Assembly: GCF_004010195.1 (NCBI RefSeq)
Contig: NC_057719.1
Span: forward strand, 1,438,787 to 1,502,786
DNA from: Chiloscyllium plagiosum
Taxonomy: Eukaryota
Length of the DNA stretch: 64,000 bases
Reading direction: 5' to 3'
Notes under the pieces: model-generated
Told to the model about the DNA's origin: nothing
Databases searched by the model: none
What the model saw: only the letters and a program-made list of their open reading frames with translations
In this document: one piece after another, positions 11,725 to 25,132 of the stretch
Numbering within the stretch: position 1 is the stretch's first letter
Layout: every line of letters begins with the position of its first letter
Program-made: the position numbers and the translations under genes

Positions 11725-14242
11725 TGTGATGATAAGTGTATTATACTTTTGAATTTGAATTGTAAAATTGTGGCAGATTGGTGTAGGTTAGTTCTTTGAA
11801 TGTTGTTATAATAGTTCAATTTTGTTCTGAGACAGTGACCTGAGTGCATCTGTTCCAAGAAGAGAAATGACTGTGGACAAATGTTTGTAAGGCTCCTGCA
11901 CTGTTAATGGAGAAGATATTTAGAATTTTGAGTTTATGACAGACAGTGTAAACAGAACAATGGTATTAGCTTGGTTTTGACTTCAGTTCAGAAAAAAAGA
12001 GTTTAGTTCAAAAGGAAAAAGGGTTTTCTTTTGGAGTGTTTTCAGTTCAGGGAACCTAGTCACTTCAGAAGTGGTTTCCTGCCTGTGGAGCTTCCAAGTC
12101 TGGAGAGTTTAGATAGAAATCTTCAAGATGTTAGAACAGAAAAAAAGTTAGGCCATAGCATTCTGAAAGATTAAAAAAATACAATACAGCACATGCACAG
12201 GTTCTTTGGCCCACCAGACCTGTGCCAAATCCTAATCCTATTTAGACCTGTTACTTATTACCCATACGTGGTTTATTTCGCTCTATTCACCTCCCATTCT
12301 TCTGTCTATCAAGAAATCCCTTCAATGTCACTAAGTGCCTGCTTCCAGCATCTCTAGTGGCAGGCAGTGCATTCCAAGCACCGTCCATCCTTTGTGTGAA
12401 AAATTCTGGCTGCACTTCTCCCCTAAACCTTTCCCCTCTCACCTTGAAACCGTGCCCCTTGTGGTTGACCTTTCCATCCTGGGGAAAAGCCTCTCACTAT
12501 CTACCCTATAGACGCGCCTCATAATTGTGTAGACCTCAATCAGGTCGCCTCCGTCTCTCCAGTGAAAACAATCCAAGTTTATCCAACTTCTCCCCATAGC
12601 TAAAATCCTCAGACCAGGCAACATCCTGGTAAACCTTTTCTGCACTGTCTCCAAAGCATCCATATCTTTCTGGTAGATCAGGTGAATAGCAAAGGTCATT
12701 TTCCTAAGGTGAAGAACTTCAAGGCGGCCAGAGAAAGTGACAGATGCAGGTTTAGTTACAATGTTCAAAAGACATTTCGACAACTACATGAATAGGAAAA
12801 GTTTGGAGTGATATGGGACAAGTACACGCAGGTGGAACTAGTTTAGCTTGGGAACATGGTCAACGTGGACTGTTTGGACCAAGGGACTGTTTCTGTGCTG
12901 TGTGACTCTATGGTCTTTAAAAGACTTTTAGATGTAGGATGTGAATTTACCCTCAAACAGCCCCTCCGAGTCTACATTCTTCAATTCTTGCCTAATTCAG
13001 TTATAGTTGGTCTTCCCCAATTTAACACCTTCATCCAAGGTTCACTCTTGTTCTTATCCGTACGTATTTGAAACCTTAGGGAATTATGGTCACTATTCCC
13101 AAAATGCTCCCACTGAGGATCACCTGGCCCGGCTCATTTCCAAATACCAGATCCATTATGACTCTCTCCCTCATTGGACTATCCACATATTGTTTTAAAA
13201 AATCCTCCTGGACACACCTAACTAATTGCTCCCCATCCAAATTCCCAGGAGTCCCAGTCGATAGGCGAAGGAAGTTAAAATCTCCCTCAACAACAACCTG
13301 TTTTTGTTTCTGATATCCTTCCAGAATCTGACTCCATATCTCTTCCTCCATCTCCCACTGGTAGCTAGAAGGTCTGTCGTACAATCCCAGCATTGTGATT
13401 GCACCCTTCCTATTCCTGAATTTTACTCATAATCCCTTGTTTAAGATCTTTCCAGTGTGTCCTCCCTCAACACAGCTGTGATATGCTGCTTAACCAGTAA
13501 TGCAATTCCTCCACCTCTTTTGCTTCCTCGTCTGTCTTGTCTAAAGCATTGATATCCTTGAACAACAACCTGCGAATCCTATCCTTCTTTCAAACGTGTC
13601 TCCGTGATAGCAACAGCATCATAATTACATGCATTAAACCAGGCTCTAAGTTCATCCGTCTTTAGCTGTTAGACTTGCATTGAAGCAAATACATTCCAAA
13701 CCTCCATTCTGTTGAGCTCAGCAACTTCTCCCTAACTACTTTTCCTCTTGGCTATATTTGCCTTCGTCACAAGCTCTTCCCCAGTCTCTATGCTTACTGA
13801 CCTGCTGCTCTGGTTCCCACTCCCCTGCCGCACTAGTTTAAACCATGCCATCAGATTTGAAAAAGAATCTTAAATGTTATCAGCAGTTCTGGAGAAATAA
13901 ACTGTAAAGCCACCCAAATTAAAAGCTGAGCTAGAAATGATGTTTCTTTGGGGTTGGGTCTTTGGGATGGATGATATTAGGAAGCAGGTTGAAACTTTGT
14001 TTTGGTGTTTGTTTTGAGATCTTTATAACCATAGTCTTTTTATAGCTTTGTTTTTCTTTCCTTTGTGTAATAGATTGTATGTTTTGTTGTTGAAGAACAT
14101 TTGCAGCCTTGTAAGTATCAGTGTGAGTTTGTGACTAGCCACCACTGTAACAAACTGGAGCCATTAAAAATTTGACCTATCAAGCTGGAGTTTGTTCTGG
14201 AAACTGACTGGTTCAGTATTACTATCAACTGAGATTGTCACA
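11725..14242 (+). mobile_element. Probable solo LTR (TG...CA), interrupted by CR1 fragments at about 12175-13845
   Basis: Begins TGTGATGA and ends TTGTCACA (imperfect terminal inverted repeat), flanked by GCAG and GTAG (4-bp TSD with one mismatch); the body is non-coding. Confidence 0.35.
12175..13845 (-). mobile_element. Cluster of CR1 fragments: minus 3' end, a plus-strand tail at about 12680-12915, and a minus endonuclease region at about 12935-13845
   Basis: DMDALETVQKRFTRMLPGL and GDFNF...VQEDFLKQYVDSP.RE...DLVFGNEPGQV. Confidence 0.75.
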
Positions 14243-15656
14243 GTAGGACTCTTGCTGTGGAACCAAGAACAAATTTAAAGCAAATGCAAACACCTTGAGA
14301 GATCAAGGGGTTAAGTTTTACAGAGCTGGTGTGGGAGCTTGCTCTTATCAATTTGCATGTGTTGTAAAGTTTATGATCAGACACAGAGCTGCAGCAATGT
14401 TTGTGAGAAGTTTTTATAACTTGTCATTTGATTCCTAAGGTTTTATTAACTTTTGGAGTGGTTAGGTGCATGCAATTTGCATGTTCATAAGCCAATCTTT
14501 TGTTTTGTTTCTGGAGCTTTTCCTTACAGTTTTCCTGATTCCTCTCCAGAAGGCACTGACCTTTTGGGGTATGTTATAACAGGTAGTGCTGTTAGCTGCG
14601 GCAGCAGTTATCTTAGACTAGGTTTATCTGACAGTGAATATGTGGTGTTGGAGGAGGGGTGATGAGCAGTTGTAGTGTTCCTACTGTCCTTCTGATTCAG
14701 CCCAATTATCTTGACATGAACCAGCGATTAATTAGGAGACCCCATTGCACAGTGTGCTTGATGGCTGGTCTGTCCGTGGGTGCATCCTCCCATCCAGCAC
14801 CATGTGGCACTTCTAATGAAGCAGATGGTGTCCAAGATTGCTCCTGAGCATCTGCCAATGGATAGCCATTGTGTGATGTTATGAAGCTCTTGCGAATAGA
14901 ATGAATAATCATAGTGCTGTACAGGTAATGGCCTCACACTTGGGTTATTTATTCCAACTGTGTCCTTACTCTTTCCCATTTAATATTTAATAGATTTCTG
15001 TAGCATTAATATTTAGTTTTAAGAGCCACTTTGCTGTGTGCATGATACAATAGGCCACTTAACCCATCTGATCTGTGATGGAGTTTGCACTGCAAAAGGA
15101 ACCTTCCCCTTCGCCTAATTAACTCTTTCTGCACTTCTCCCCTCTTTATTCCATATCCATCTGCTTCCTTTATCCTCATCTTTGCATTAAGCTTTTCCTT
15201 AAATGTGCCATGACACACTTGCTTCAAATACTGTGTGGCTTTGATGGATATTGTCTCACTGTGTAAAGAAAATGCTTCAAATTATTCTATTGATCTATTC
15301 ATCATGATTTTGTATTTATGTTATCTTATTCTGGATTTGCCTAGAATTGGAAACAGTTTCTCTACGTATATTCTGTGTGCAATGTTGTGTCTCATGAAAT
15401 AAGAGACAGCAGTGACCGGAAGCAGACGAGTAATAAATGGGTGTTTTAAGGTGGGGAAAGTTTAAAGTGGAGTTCCCAGGGTTAATATTGGGACTGTCGT
15501 TCTTCTGCATATAAATGAATGATTTAGATCTTGGTGTCTGGTTTTAAAATTTGTAGATGATACGAAACTAGAAACGGAGGTCATAGAGTCATAGAAATGT
15601 ACAGCACAGAAACGGACCCTTCGGTCCAACTCGTCCATGCTGACCAGATATCCTAA

Positions 15657-15785
15657 GGAGAAAGTGAGGACTGCAGATGCTGGAGATCAGAGCTTAAAAA
15701 TGTGTTGCTGGAAAAGCGCAGCAGGTCAGGCAGCATCAAAGGAGCAGGAGAATTGACGATTCGGGCATAAACCCTTCTTCAGGAA
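15657..15785 (-). mobile_element. Short PLE tail insertion (family A) inside a CR1 tail
   Basis: Perfect 16-bp TSD tgaccagatatcctaa at 15641-15656 and 15786-15801. Confidence 0.9.
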
Positions 15786-15959
15786 TGACCAGATATCCTA
15801 ACCCAATCTAGTCCTACCTACCAGCTCCTGGCCCATATGTGAATAGTTTAGAGTGTAAAAAGGATGCAAACAAGTTAGTGGAGTGGGCAGGTGACATATC
15901 AAGCTTTAAGGTGGAGAAATGTGATGTGATTATTTTGGTAAGAAGATCATGGACCTCAG

Positions 15960-18560
15960 AAACAGAGCAACAGGACTAGTCCATTTAGTGCCACAAGCTT
16001 CACTCTCATTTTAGATTATGGCTGGTCTACTCCTCAGTGTCATTTTGCCCTACATTACCTTTACCTTTCCCTTCAAAACATTACTCTTCAGAAACCTATT
16101 AGTTTCTGCTTTGAAGCTGATCAGTGATTGACCTTTCATGACCCTCTGGGATAGAAAATGCCAAAGATTCACTATACTGAGTGAAGAAATATCTCCTCAT
16201 TTGTCTTAAAACGTTTGCCCCTTATCCTGAGATTATATTTCCTGGTTCTAAAGTTACCAGCCAGAAGAAATATCCTATCTATATCCTGTTAATGTGCTGG
16301 AACTATTTTATACATCACCCAGTTTCTTGAATCTAGTGATTGTCCATTGAACTCCCTCTATAGCAAGTGCATCCTTCCTTAGATGAGGAGGCCAAAACTG
16401 TACATAGTCCTGCAAGTGAAGTCTCACTAAGATTCCTTGCAACTGCAGAAGGACATCTTTACTTCTGTATTTAAATCCCCTTACTGTTTGCTTTCCTAAT
16501 TGCTTGCTGCACTTAGATACTAACTTTAAGCGATTCATGAACAAGGGAACTGAGATTGCTATGGGCGCTCACACTTCACAATCTCTTGCTATCCAAGAAA
16601 CATTCTGCCTTTGTGCTTTCTCCCAAAGTAAATAACTTCAGACACTTAGTTACATTATATTTACTCCATTCGCCATATTCTAGCCCAATCACTTATCTGT
16701 CAAAATCCTTTTAAAACTTCAACACACCGTCCTCACATCCATTTTATAGAACCAACGAACCCACTCTGGTGGGATTTAGACTGGGGTCCCCAGTATATTA
16801 CCTGAGTCACTGGATGAATATTCTAGCGATAGTACACCTGGGCCATGGCTTCCTGCTGCCTGTTGCATCCAAATCATTTCTATCGACCTATGAATAGCTG
16901 TAATCCTGGATCACCTGTCATCCTGAGAATGTTCTGTTTTTCCTAGTCTCTATTTTCTGTTTATTAGCTAACTGTCAATCCATACCTAGCATATTTTGAC
17001 CAATCTCTTGCACTATAATTTTATTTACTATCCTCCTATATGGGACTTTATCCAAAGCCTTCTGAAATTCCAAATACAGAATGGCCAATGGTTCATCTTT
17101 ATCAGTTCTGCAAGTAGCATCCTCCGAGAACTCCCAACAAGTTTATCAAACGTGATTCCCTTTCGTAAATCCAAGGTAACTCTGATCAGTTTAACCATTC
17201 TTTCCTTGATACCTAGTTATAGATAGTACAGTGTCGAAAAACTAACAGCTCTGTAATTTTCTGTTCTCCCTCTTCCTCCTCCCTAAATTGAGAAATTACG
17301 TTTGTTACTTTCCACTCTGAAACCTTTCCAGAATGTTTAGAATTTTGAATGATGGTAAGTGATGCATCCACTATCTCTTTAGTGACTCTTTCAACACCCT
17401 GTGGTGAAACTCATTTGATCGAGGGAATCCAGTTAACTATTCAGTATGACTTCTCTATTCTTTCAGTGTCACTGAATCAAGAATCTGGAACTCTCTCCCT
17501 AATGGCAAATAGACAGCAGCACGTCAGCTTAAGGACAACAGAGGATGGACAATAAATGTTGGCTCGGCCAGCGCAACCATGTTCCATTAACGTTTGTTTT
17601 TGAAAAATAAGAGACCTCTTTACTGGTGTATTTTCTTTAGCACCTCGGTTTCACAGGTCCCAAGCTTCCTAGTTATTTCTGGAAGATTTTTTTTGTGGAG
17701 GTAGATGCAAAATAACTGTTTAGTTTCTCTGTCATCTGTAATGGGCTCCTGTTTATCCTTGCTAATCTTTCTTCTTTAATGTTTTGACAGAAGCTTTTTT
17801 TCCAATCTGCCTTTATGTTCCTCGCTACCTTGTATTCATATTCTGCTTTTCTTTTCCATGTCTCTTTCTTGGCTGTCCTTTGAGTCCTAAATTGTTCTTG
17901 ATCCTTAGGCTTACCTAAATTTCTGGCATCCTTATAAGCCCCTTCCTTTGATCTAAAGCAATCTTTACCTTCTTTCATTAACTATGGTTTATTCACTTTT
18001 CCGTTTGGATGTTTGTGCCTTAGAGAAATGTACATCTGTTGTAGACCTTGTCATGTTTCTTTAAATACTAGCTATTGCCTGTGTAGTGTCATATCTTTGT
18101 GTATTTTCCCATTCAACCCACGCTAACTTTTCCTCATATGCCTTTAGTTTCCTTTCTTTAGATTCAGGAGCTTAGTTTCAGAATTAATTATATTGCATTA
18201 AATGTAATATAAGATTTTATCGTATTATAGCCATAATTTCCTGATAGCAAGGTTACCAACTAGCCGGTTATTATTACACAACACCAAATCCAAAATGCAT
18301 TGATTCCAAGTTGACTTCCGAATATGCTGTTTGAGAAACCTACCTTGCATGTATTACAGGAATCATCCTTCACAATATTGTGACAGCTTGGTTAACTAAT
18401 TCCTGAAGAAGGGCTCATGCCCGAAACGTTGATTCTCCTGCTCCTTGGATGCTGCCTGACCTACGCTTTTCCAGCAACACATTTTCAGCTCGTAACTAAT
18501 TCAATGCCTAAGTTGAAGTTGTCTGTTATTACTGTGTTGCCCATGTTATGTAAATCCCTA
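15960..18560 (-). mobile_element. Old, heavily decayed CR1 ORF2
   Basis: GFKYRSKDVLLQL..ILVRLHLQDYVQFWPPHLRKD and EYEYKVARNIK...LNSYFAS. Confidence 0.65.
18403..18492 (+). mobile_element. Short PLE tail insertion (family A) starting at the hammerhead CTGAAGA box
   Basis: TSD taactaattc at 18393-18402 and 18493-18502. Confidence 0.85.
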
Positions 18561-19199
18561 AATTTCTAACTTCCGTAACTATAGAGAAGTTGTAGACTAG
18601 AAGGTGGCCAGACAACCCATCTGCGCTGGCAGAGTAAATCATTACCCATCTTAAGCTCACTTACCAACACCTGGTCGGTAACCTTGTAGATCCAGATTTC
18701 TTTTTAAATGAGATGAGGGTTTCTGTCTCGATCACCGTACCGAGCAGTGAATTCAAGGCAACCACCACCCTCTTGGTGAAAATGATTTTCCCACGTCGCC
18801 TATAACTATTTTACTAGTAACCTTAAAACTGTGTCTCCCGGTAATTGACTGCTCTGCTCGAGGCAGCGGGTTTTTCCTGTCCACTTCAAGCAAGGCCCTC
18901 AATATTTTGTGCACCTCAATTAAGTGACTCCTGAGCCTCTTCTAAGGAAAACAAAGCTGTTCCAATCTTTCCTCCGAGGTTGCAATTTTCAAGCCCTAAC
19001 AACATTCTTGTAAATGTTCTGTGTACTCTCTAGAGCTATTATATCCTTCCTGTAATGTGGTGACTAGACATTTACACAAAACACCAGCTGTGACCCAACT
19101 TGTGTCATATTGTTCCAGCTTTATGTCCCTGCTCTTGTATTCAATGCCTCACCCAATGAAGGAAAGAATCAAATGCCTTCTTTGACACCTTATCTACCT

Positions 19200-19912
19200 G
19201 GTAAAAAAAATGACAGCAGATGCTGGAAACCAGATTCTGGATTAGTGGTGCTGGAAGAGCACAGCGGTTCAGGCAGCATCCAAGGAGCTTCGAAATCGAC
19301 GTTTCGGGCAAAAGCCCTTCATCAGGAATAAAGGCAGTGAGCCTGAGCGCGGAGGGGTGGGGAGAAAGTAGCAGAGTACAATGGGTGAGTGGGGTAGGGG
19401 ATGAAGGTGATAGGTCAGGGAGGAGAGGGTGGAGTGATAGGTGGAAAAGGAGATAGACAGGTAGGACAAGTCATGGGGACAGTGCTGAGCTGGAAGTTTG
19501 GAACTAGGGTGAGGTGGGGGAAGGGGAAATGAGGAAACTGTTGAAGTCCACATTGATTCCCTGGGGTTGAAGTCTTCCGAGGCAGAAGATGAGGCGTTCT
19601 TCCTCGAGGCGGAAGAGGCGTTCTTCCTCCAGGTGTCTGGTGGTGAGGGAGCGGCGGTGAAGGAGGCCCAGGACCTCCATGTCCTCGGCAGAGTGGGAGG
19701 GGGAGTTGAAATGTTGGGCCACGGGGCGGTGTGGTTGATTTGTGCGGGTGTCTCGGAGATGTTCCCTAAAGCGCTCTGCTAGGAGGCGCCCAGTCTCCCC
19801 AATGTAGAGGAGACCGCACCGGGAGCAACGGATACAATAAAAGGTATTAGTGGATGTGCAAGCAAAACTTTGGATGTGGAAGGCTCCTTTAGGGCCTTGG
19901 ATAGAGGTGAGG
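19200..19912 (-). mobile_element. PLE 3' part (GIY-YIG C-terminus and terminal repeat, family B)
   Basis: AQHFNSPSHS..DMEVLGL...RLEEERLIFCLGRLQPQGINVDF; hammerhead motif at 19296-19327. Confidence 0.88.
19296..19327 (-). ncRNA. Minimal hammerhead motif (family B); other copies at 53131-53162 (-) and 54651-54682 (+, mutated stem II)
   Basis: The reverse complement reads TC-CTGATGA-A-GGGC-tttt-GCCC-GAAA-CG-TC-GA. Confidence 0.75.
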
Positions 19913-20429
19913 GCTGGGTGCTGGCAGGTGGGACTAGATTGGGTTGGGAAATCTGGTCGGCATGGATGAATTGAACCAAAGGGTCTGTTTCCATGCTGTA
20001 CATCTCTGTGACTCTATGACTCTAATAATTTTGCACTTCGCTGGTATGAACTCCATTCATCACTTCCCCTCTCACTCAATCAAAACATTAATATGATCCT
20101 GCAATTGACAGCCATCCTCTTTACTACATGACCAGTTTTTGTCTCTGCAAATTCACAAACACAGCTCCCATATTTTAATCTAAATATTCATGCATGACAC
20201 AAGCAGCAAGGGGCCTAAACCTAAGCACAGTGGAACAGCACTAGAAAGCACTTTCCAGTTGCAAAAACAGCCATCCACCACTACCCTTTATTTCCTGACA
20301 CAGTGTTAATTTTGAATCCAACTCGACGCAATCCCCTGTATCCCGTAGACTTTAATTTTCCCTGACAGTCTGTCATGTGAGACATTGAGTTACTAAAATG
20401 TTGACATCATCAATTGAGGGGCCTTGTCA

Positions 20430-21485
20430 AAGGCTTTAAAGGAACCAGAAAAAGACCTCATGGCAGACTGGTGCAAAAAGTGAAGACACATTGTATCAGG
20501 GATAAGCTGGCCGATGGATACAAAACTAGCTTAGTCATAGGATGTAGTGGGTAGAGGTGGAAGGATGTTTTTTGGAATGGAGGGCTATCACTAGTGGTGT
20601 CCCACAGGGCTCAGTGCTGGGACCTCTGCTGTTGGTGAGCTACGTAAATTATTTGGAGGAAAATGTAGCTGGTCTAATTATTAAGTTTGTGGATTATACA
20701 AAAATTGAAGGAGTTGTGGGTAGTGAGGAGGATTGCCAGAGGATGCAGATGGATATAGATCAGTTGGAGGCATGGGCAGAAAAATGGCAGATGGAGGATA
20801 ATCCAGTCAAATGTGAGGGGATGCATTTTGGAAGGTCAAGTACAGGTGGAAATTATACAGTGAATGGCAGTACCCTTAGGAGTATTGATGTGCAGAGGGA
20901 TCTGGGTTTGCAAGTCCACAGATCACTGAAGGTGGCAGTGCCAGGAGATAAGGGAGTAAAAATGGTCGATGGGAAGCTTGCCTTCATTGGAAGGGGCATT
21001 GAGTATCAGGATAGACAAGTCATGCTGCAGCTCTGTAGAACTTTAGTCAGGCCACATTTGGAATACTGCATCCAGTTCTGGTCACCACACTACCAGAAGG
21101 ATGTGGATGCTTTGGGGAGGGTACAGAGAAGGTTTACCAGGATGTTGCCTGGTCTGGGGGATTCTAGTGATGAAGAAAGGTTGGATAGACTGGGTTTGTT
21201 TTCACTGGAATGCAGGAGGTTGAGGGGTGACCTGTTAAAAGTTTATAAGGTTGATAAAAGAAATGTGCGAGGCAAGTTTTTCACACAAAGTGTGGAATGT
21301 GCCCCCTGAGGTGGTGGTGGAAGCAGACACAATCGCTGCATTCAAGAAGCACCTGAATGAATACATGAATAAGAAGGGAATGGAGGGATACGAAGACAGT
21401 TTTAATGGTGGAAAGGCGTCATGTGTTGGTGCAGGCTTGGAGGGCCGAAGGGCCTGTTCCTGTGCTGTATGGTTCTCTGTTCTTT
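20430..21485 (+). mobile_element. CR1 LINE RT and 3' end
   Basis: ORF 20557-21309 contains [21 protein letters not shown] and LVRPHLEYCIQFWSPHY. Confidence 0.9.
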
Positions 21486-23114
21486 ATAATTGCACTACCC
21501 TCAGAAATATTCCTGCTGACAAATTCAATCATGTTACAGCATACTCAATATTAGTGCTAGAGTTTAGGGTTCAACAACAACACCACTAACAACAGCATTC
21601 AGAACACCCTTTGTGTGAAGGCTTTATGACATTTTGATAGAGTGCCTTTCATCAGTATTTTAACATTATTCTCCATTTTCATCCTATTTGATGTTTGCTA
21701 TTCTTTTGCCTGGCTTCTGTTTTTCCTCTGTGCTTTTCTACTTTAACTCGTTCTTTTTCTAGTTTTATTTTCCTTGAATTTGAACTCCTTCTTAAGTTCC
21801 CATCTTCCTACCAATCAAGTTTATACCCTTTTCAATAGCATTAGCAAATTTCCCTGCGAAGATATTAGCCCCAGTTCTGCTTAGGTACAGTGCGTCCATC
21901 TTGTACAGGTCTCATCTGCCCCGGAACTGTCTCAATCCCTCAGATGTCTGATGCCCTCCCTCCTATACACAGCCACTTGTTCAATTGCTCAATTCTCCTG
22001 TTTCTATGCTCACTGGCTAGTGTCATTGAGAGTAATCCTGAAATTTCATTTTAGGATCTCCTCCCCTTCCTATCTAAGTCATTGATACTAAAATCGATCA
22101 CGATGACTGGGTGTTCAGCCATGCATCCAAAAATATGCTGTAGCAATTTTGTGCAATCCTTGACCCTGGCAAAGGAAGGTAACAAACCATACTGGAGTCA
22201 TGTTCATAGCCGCATCTGTCGCCCAACTAAAGATTCCCCTATCACTATTTTTCCTCCCCTCTTGCACAGCTAGGTCACTGATGCCACACCATGATTCTGA
22301 CTGTGCTCCTCTCAGGAATCATTGTCCTTATCAGTATCCAAAGGAGAAAAGCAATTTGCTAGCAAGATTGTCTCTGGGGTCTCATCCCCTGGCTGCCTGC
22401 CTTAATTCTCTTGCACGGCCCCATAGTCGCTATTATTTATCTGCCTGCATAATCCTATGTTGCAGTGTGACCACCTTTCTAAATATGCCATCCATGTCAT
22501 CTTCTGCCTCCAACTGCTGTTTGATTTCTGAAGAATTCATCTAGAACACATGCATGATTTTGTGCAGTTTTCAGTTGAACTGTCCTGCCATATTTTAACT
22601 GAACTGACTTTGTTTGTTTGTTATTGATAGAATATTTTATCAGTTACTCGACAACATCTCATTTTTCTCCAACTGCTTGGAGAAAAGAACTTAAAAGCCA
22701 AGAACTAAATTGTGAAGAATGTAAATTTGAATAACCACTTCAGCCAATTGACCATTAACCAAATGCTCAGCTATTCTCCATTACTGTTTGTTTACCCTTT
22801 CTAAGACTAGAAGAATGTTAGTTTACTTTCTAACCTTGCTTTAATGATTAGCCCAGTGAAATCCATTTAAGTGCTAGGTGCAGGCCATGCTTACTAACTC
22901 AGCGCTTGCAAACCCCGTAGTTTGAAAGCTGCACAGACAATATCAAGTCAAGTGTCCAATTCTGTAGAAGTTAGGGGAGAAGAGCGATCTGGGTGTATAT
23001 GTGCAGAAGTCACTGAAGGTGGCAGGACAGGTTGAGTGAGTGATTAATGAACAAAATTTCCTAAGCATGTTGAACCTATATGAGACACAAGTTATGCCTC
23101 ATCTGGAGTATTGA

Positions 23115-23414
23115 GGGGAGGCATTGGCCTTGTGGGCTGTTAACCCAGAGACCAGGTAATGATCTGAGGACCCCAGGCTTGAATTCTGCCACAGCAGATG
23201 GCAGAGTCCAGTGATGACCATGACTCCATTGTCGATTGTCAGAAAAACCCATCTGGTTTACTAATGCTCTTTAGGGAGGGAGACTGCCATCCTTACGTGA
23301 CCTGGTTTACAAGTGACTCCAATGTGTTTGACTCTTAACTGCCTTCTGGGTAACTAGGGATGGGCAATAAATGCTGACCTTGCCAGTAACCCCACATCCT
23401 GTGAATGAATAAAA
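23115..23414 (+). mobile_element. tRNA-derived SINE; related decayed copies at about 26820-27120, 38650-38880 and 50460-50600
   Basis: B-box-like ggcttgaattc / ggttcaaatc, a shared body aaaaacccatctggtt(c/t)actaatg and a tail gggcaataaatgctg...cacatcc..tgaatgaataaaa. Confidence 0.6.
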
Positions 23415-23910
23415 GCAAAGTGCTGGTCTCATGCTATCTAGTCTTGTGCTGGTCACCACTCGTTAGGATGGATATGAAGATATTTGACAGAGGGCAGAAA
23501 ACACTGAAAATGATTCCATGGATGAGGAGTCTCAATAATGAAGATTGATGAGAGAAGTTTGGACTGTGACTTCCTTTGAGAAGAAAAGGCTGAGGATGTT
23601 TGATGAAGGTATTCCAAACCACAAAGTGTCTGGGCAGAGTAAACATGAAAAAATGTTCCTGTTTGTGAACAATGTCCATATGCATTACTTCAGCAGTGGT
23701 CTAAATGAGCATATCATTATCATTAACATTATCTTCCTGCTTTGATATTCTATTGAAGAGTGCAGGAAGGCATGCCAGGAACACCACCAGGCCTTTCTAA
23801 AAATGAAATGTCAACCTAGTGAAACTACAACACAGGACTACATTCATGCCAAGCAATAGAAGCAGCATTGCAATAGACCGGATTGGGCGGTCTCATGACC
23901 AACTGACCGT

Positions 23911-24220
23911 GGGCGGCACGGTGGCACAGTGGTTAGCACTGCTGCCTCACAGCGCCAGAGACCCGGGTTCAATTCCCGCCTCAGGCGACTGACTGTGTGG
24001 AGTTTGCACATTCTCCCCATGTCTGCGTGGGTTTCTTCCGGGTGCTCCGGTTTCCTCCCACAGTCCAAAGATGTGCAGGTCAGGTGAATTGGCCATGCTA
24101 AATTGCCCGTAGTGTTAGGTAAGGGGTATGGGGTATGGGTGGGTTGCGCTTCGGTGGGTCGGTGTGGTCTTGTTGGGCCGAAGGGCCTGTTTCCACACTG
24201 TAATGTAATCTAATATCTAA
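23911..24220 (+). mobile_element. HE1-type V-SINE (tRNA-derived elasmobranch SINE)
   Basis: A box tggcacagtgg, B box ggttcaattcc, V-domain gtgtggagtttgcacattctcccc...tccggtttcctcccacagtccaaagatgtgc and a CR1-like tail with (aatct)n. Confidence 0.9.
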
Positions 24221-25132
24221 GGTCTGCAGTCCTGCCACATTCAGTGGTAATGCACAATTAAAAACCAAAAACCAAAACCCAAAGACATCCCCACTGTCAA
24301 TGATGAGGGAATCTAACATATCAGTGTTAAAGACATGGCTGAAGAATTTGCAACCTCCTTCAGCCACGGATGATCCATTTCAGCCACTTCCAGAGGTTCT
24401 AAGCATCACTAGTGCCAGTGTTTAACCATTTGATTCACTCCATATGGTATCAAACAGCAAGCATGGAGAGAAGGAGACTGTGATTGAAGGAACCTCACCA
24501 TTTCCTTCTGTTCCTCTTATCAAGGCAACTTTTATCTGATCAGTCACCACAATGAGCTGATTTTTCCTGGGTGATATGGGGAGTTTCAAGGCTGGATTCA
24601 CTTGGCCACGCCATGTATCTTGACTGTTGGGGGCAGTGACACTGAACTAGATATTCAAAGGCCTGACCTGGATTTTGGATTTTGAATGGTTTTATTGTCA
24701 TGTATAACTAAGAAGATACAGTGAAAAGCGCTTTGTCGTCTCAATCTGGTGCCAATTAAGTTAACAAAGAAAAATGAAATTACTGAAATAGAGTTCAACT
24801 TCTGTTCAAATTGTGTCTCAAACATGGTTCCTTGGCTTCTGCAAGGTGTTCCGGGTCACAAGGAGTCCCCACTATGGATACAGCAACAATGACACCAGTG
24901 CGCGAGGAGACTGCCACCGTCAAGAGTCCAAGCTCTAGGCCTAAAGCGGCCTGGAGTCCCCGCTCCGAGCACTGCCGTTGCTGCTAGGAATCCTGATCCA
25001 CATCATTGATGCTGTAGCTGTCATCCTGCTGACACCACTCCAGCTCGAAGGTGAAGAAAGACAAGAAAAAATAAAGAAGACAAAAAGGAGAGAGAAAAGG
25101 ATTTTTCTTATTTCAAAAAGATATTTTATTCA

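Noticed and set aside
23911..23985. tRNA-like A and B boxes
   Set aside because: This is the head of an HE1 SINE, continuing into the V-domain; not a tRNA gene.
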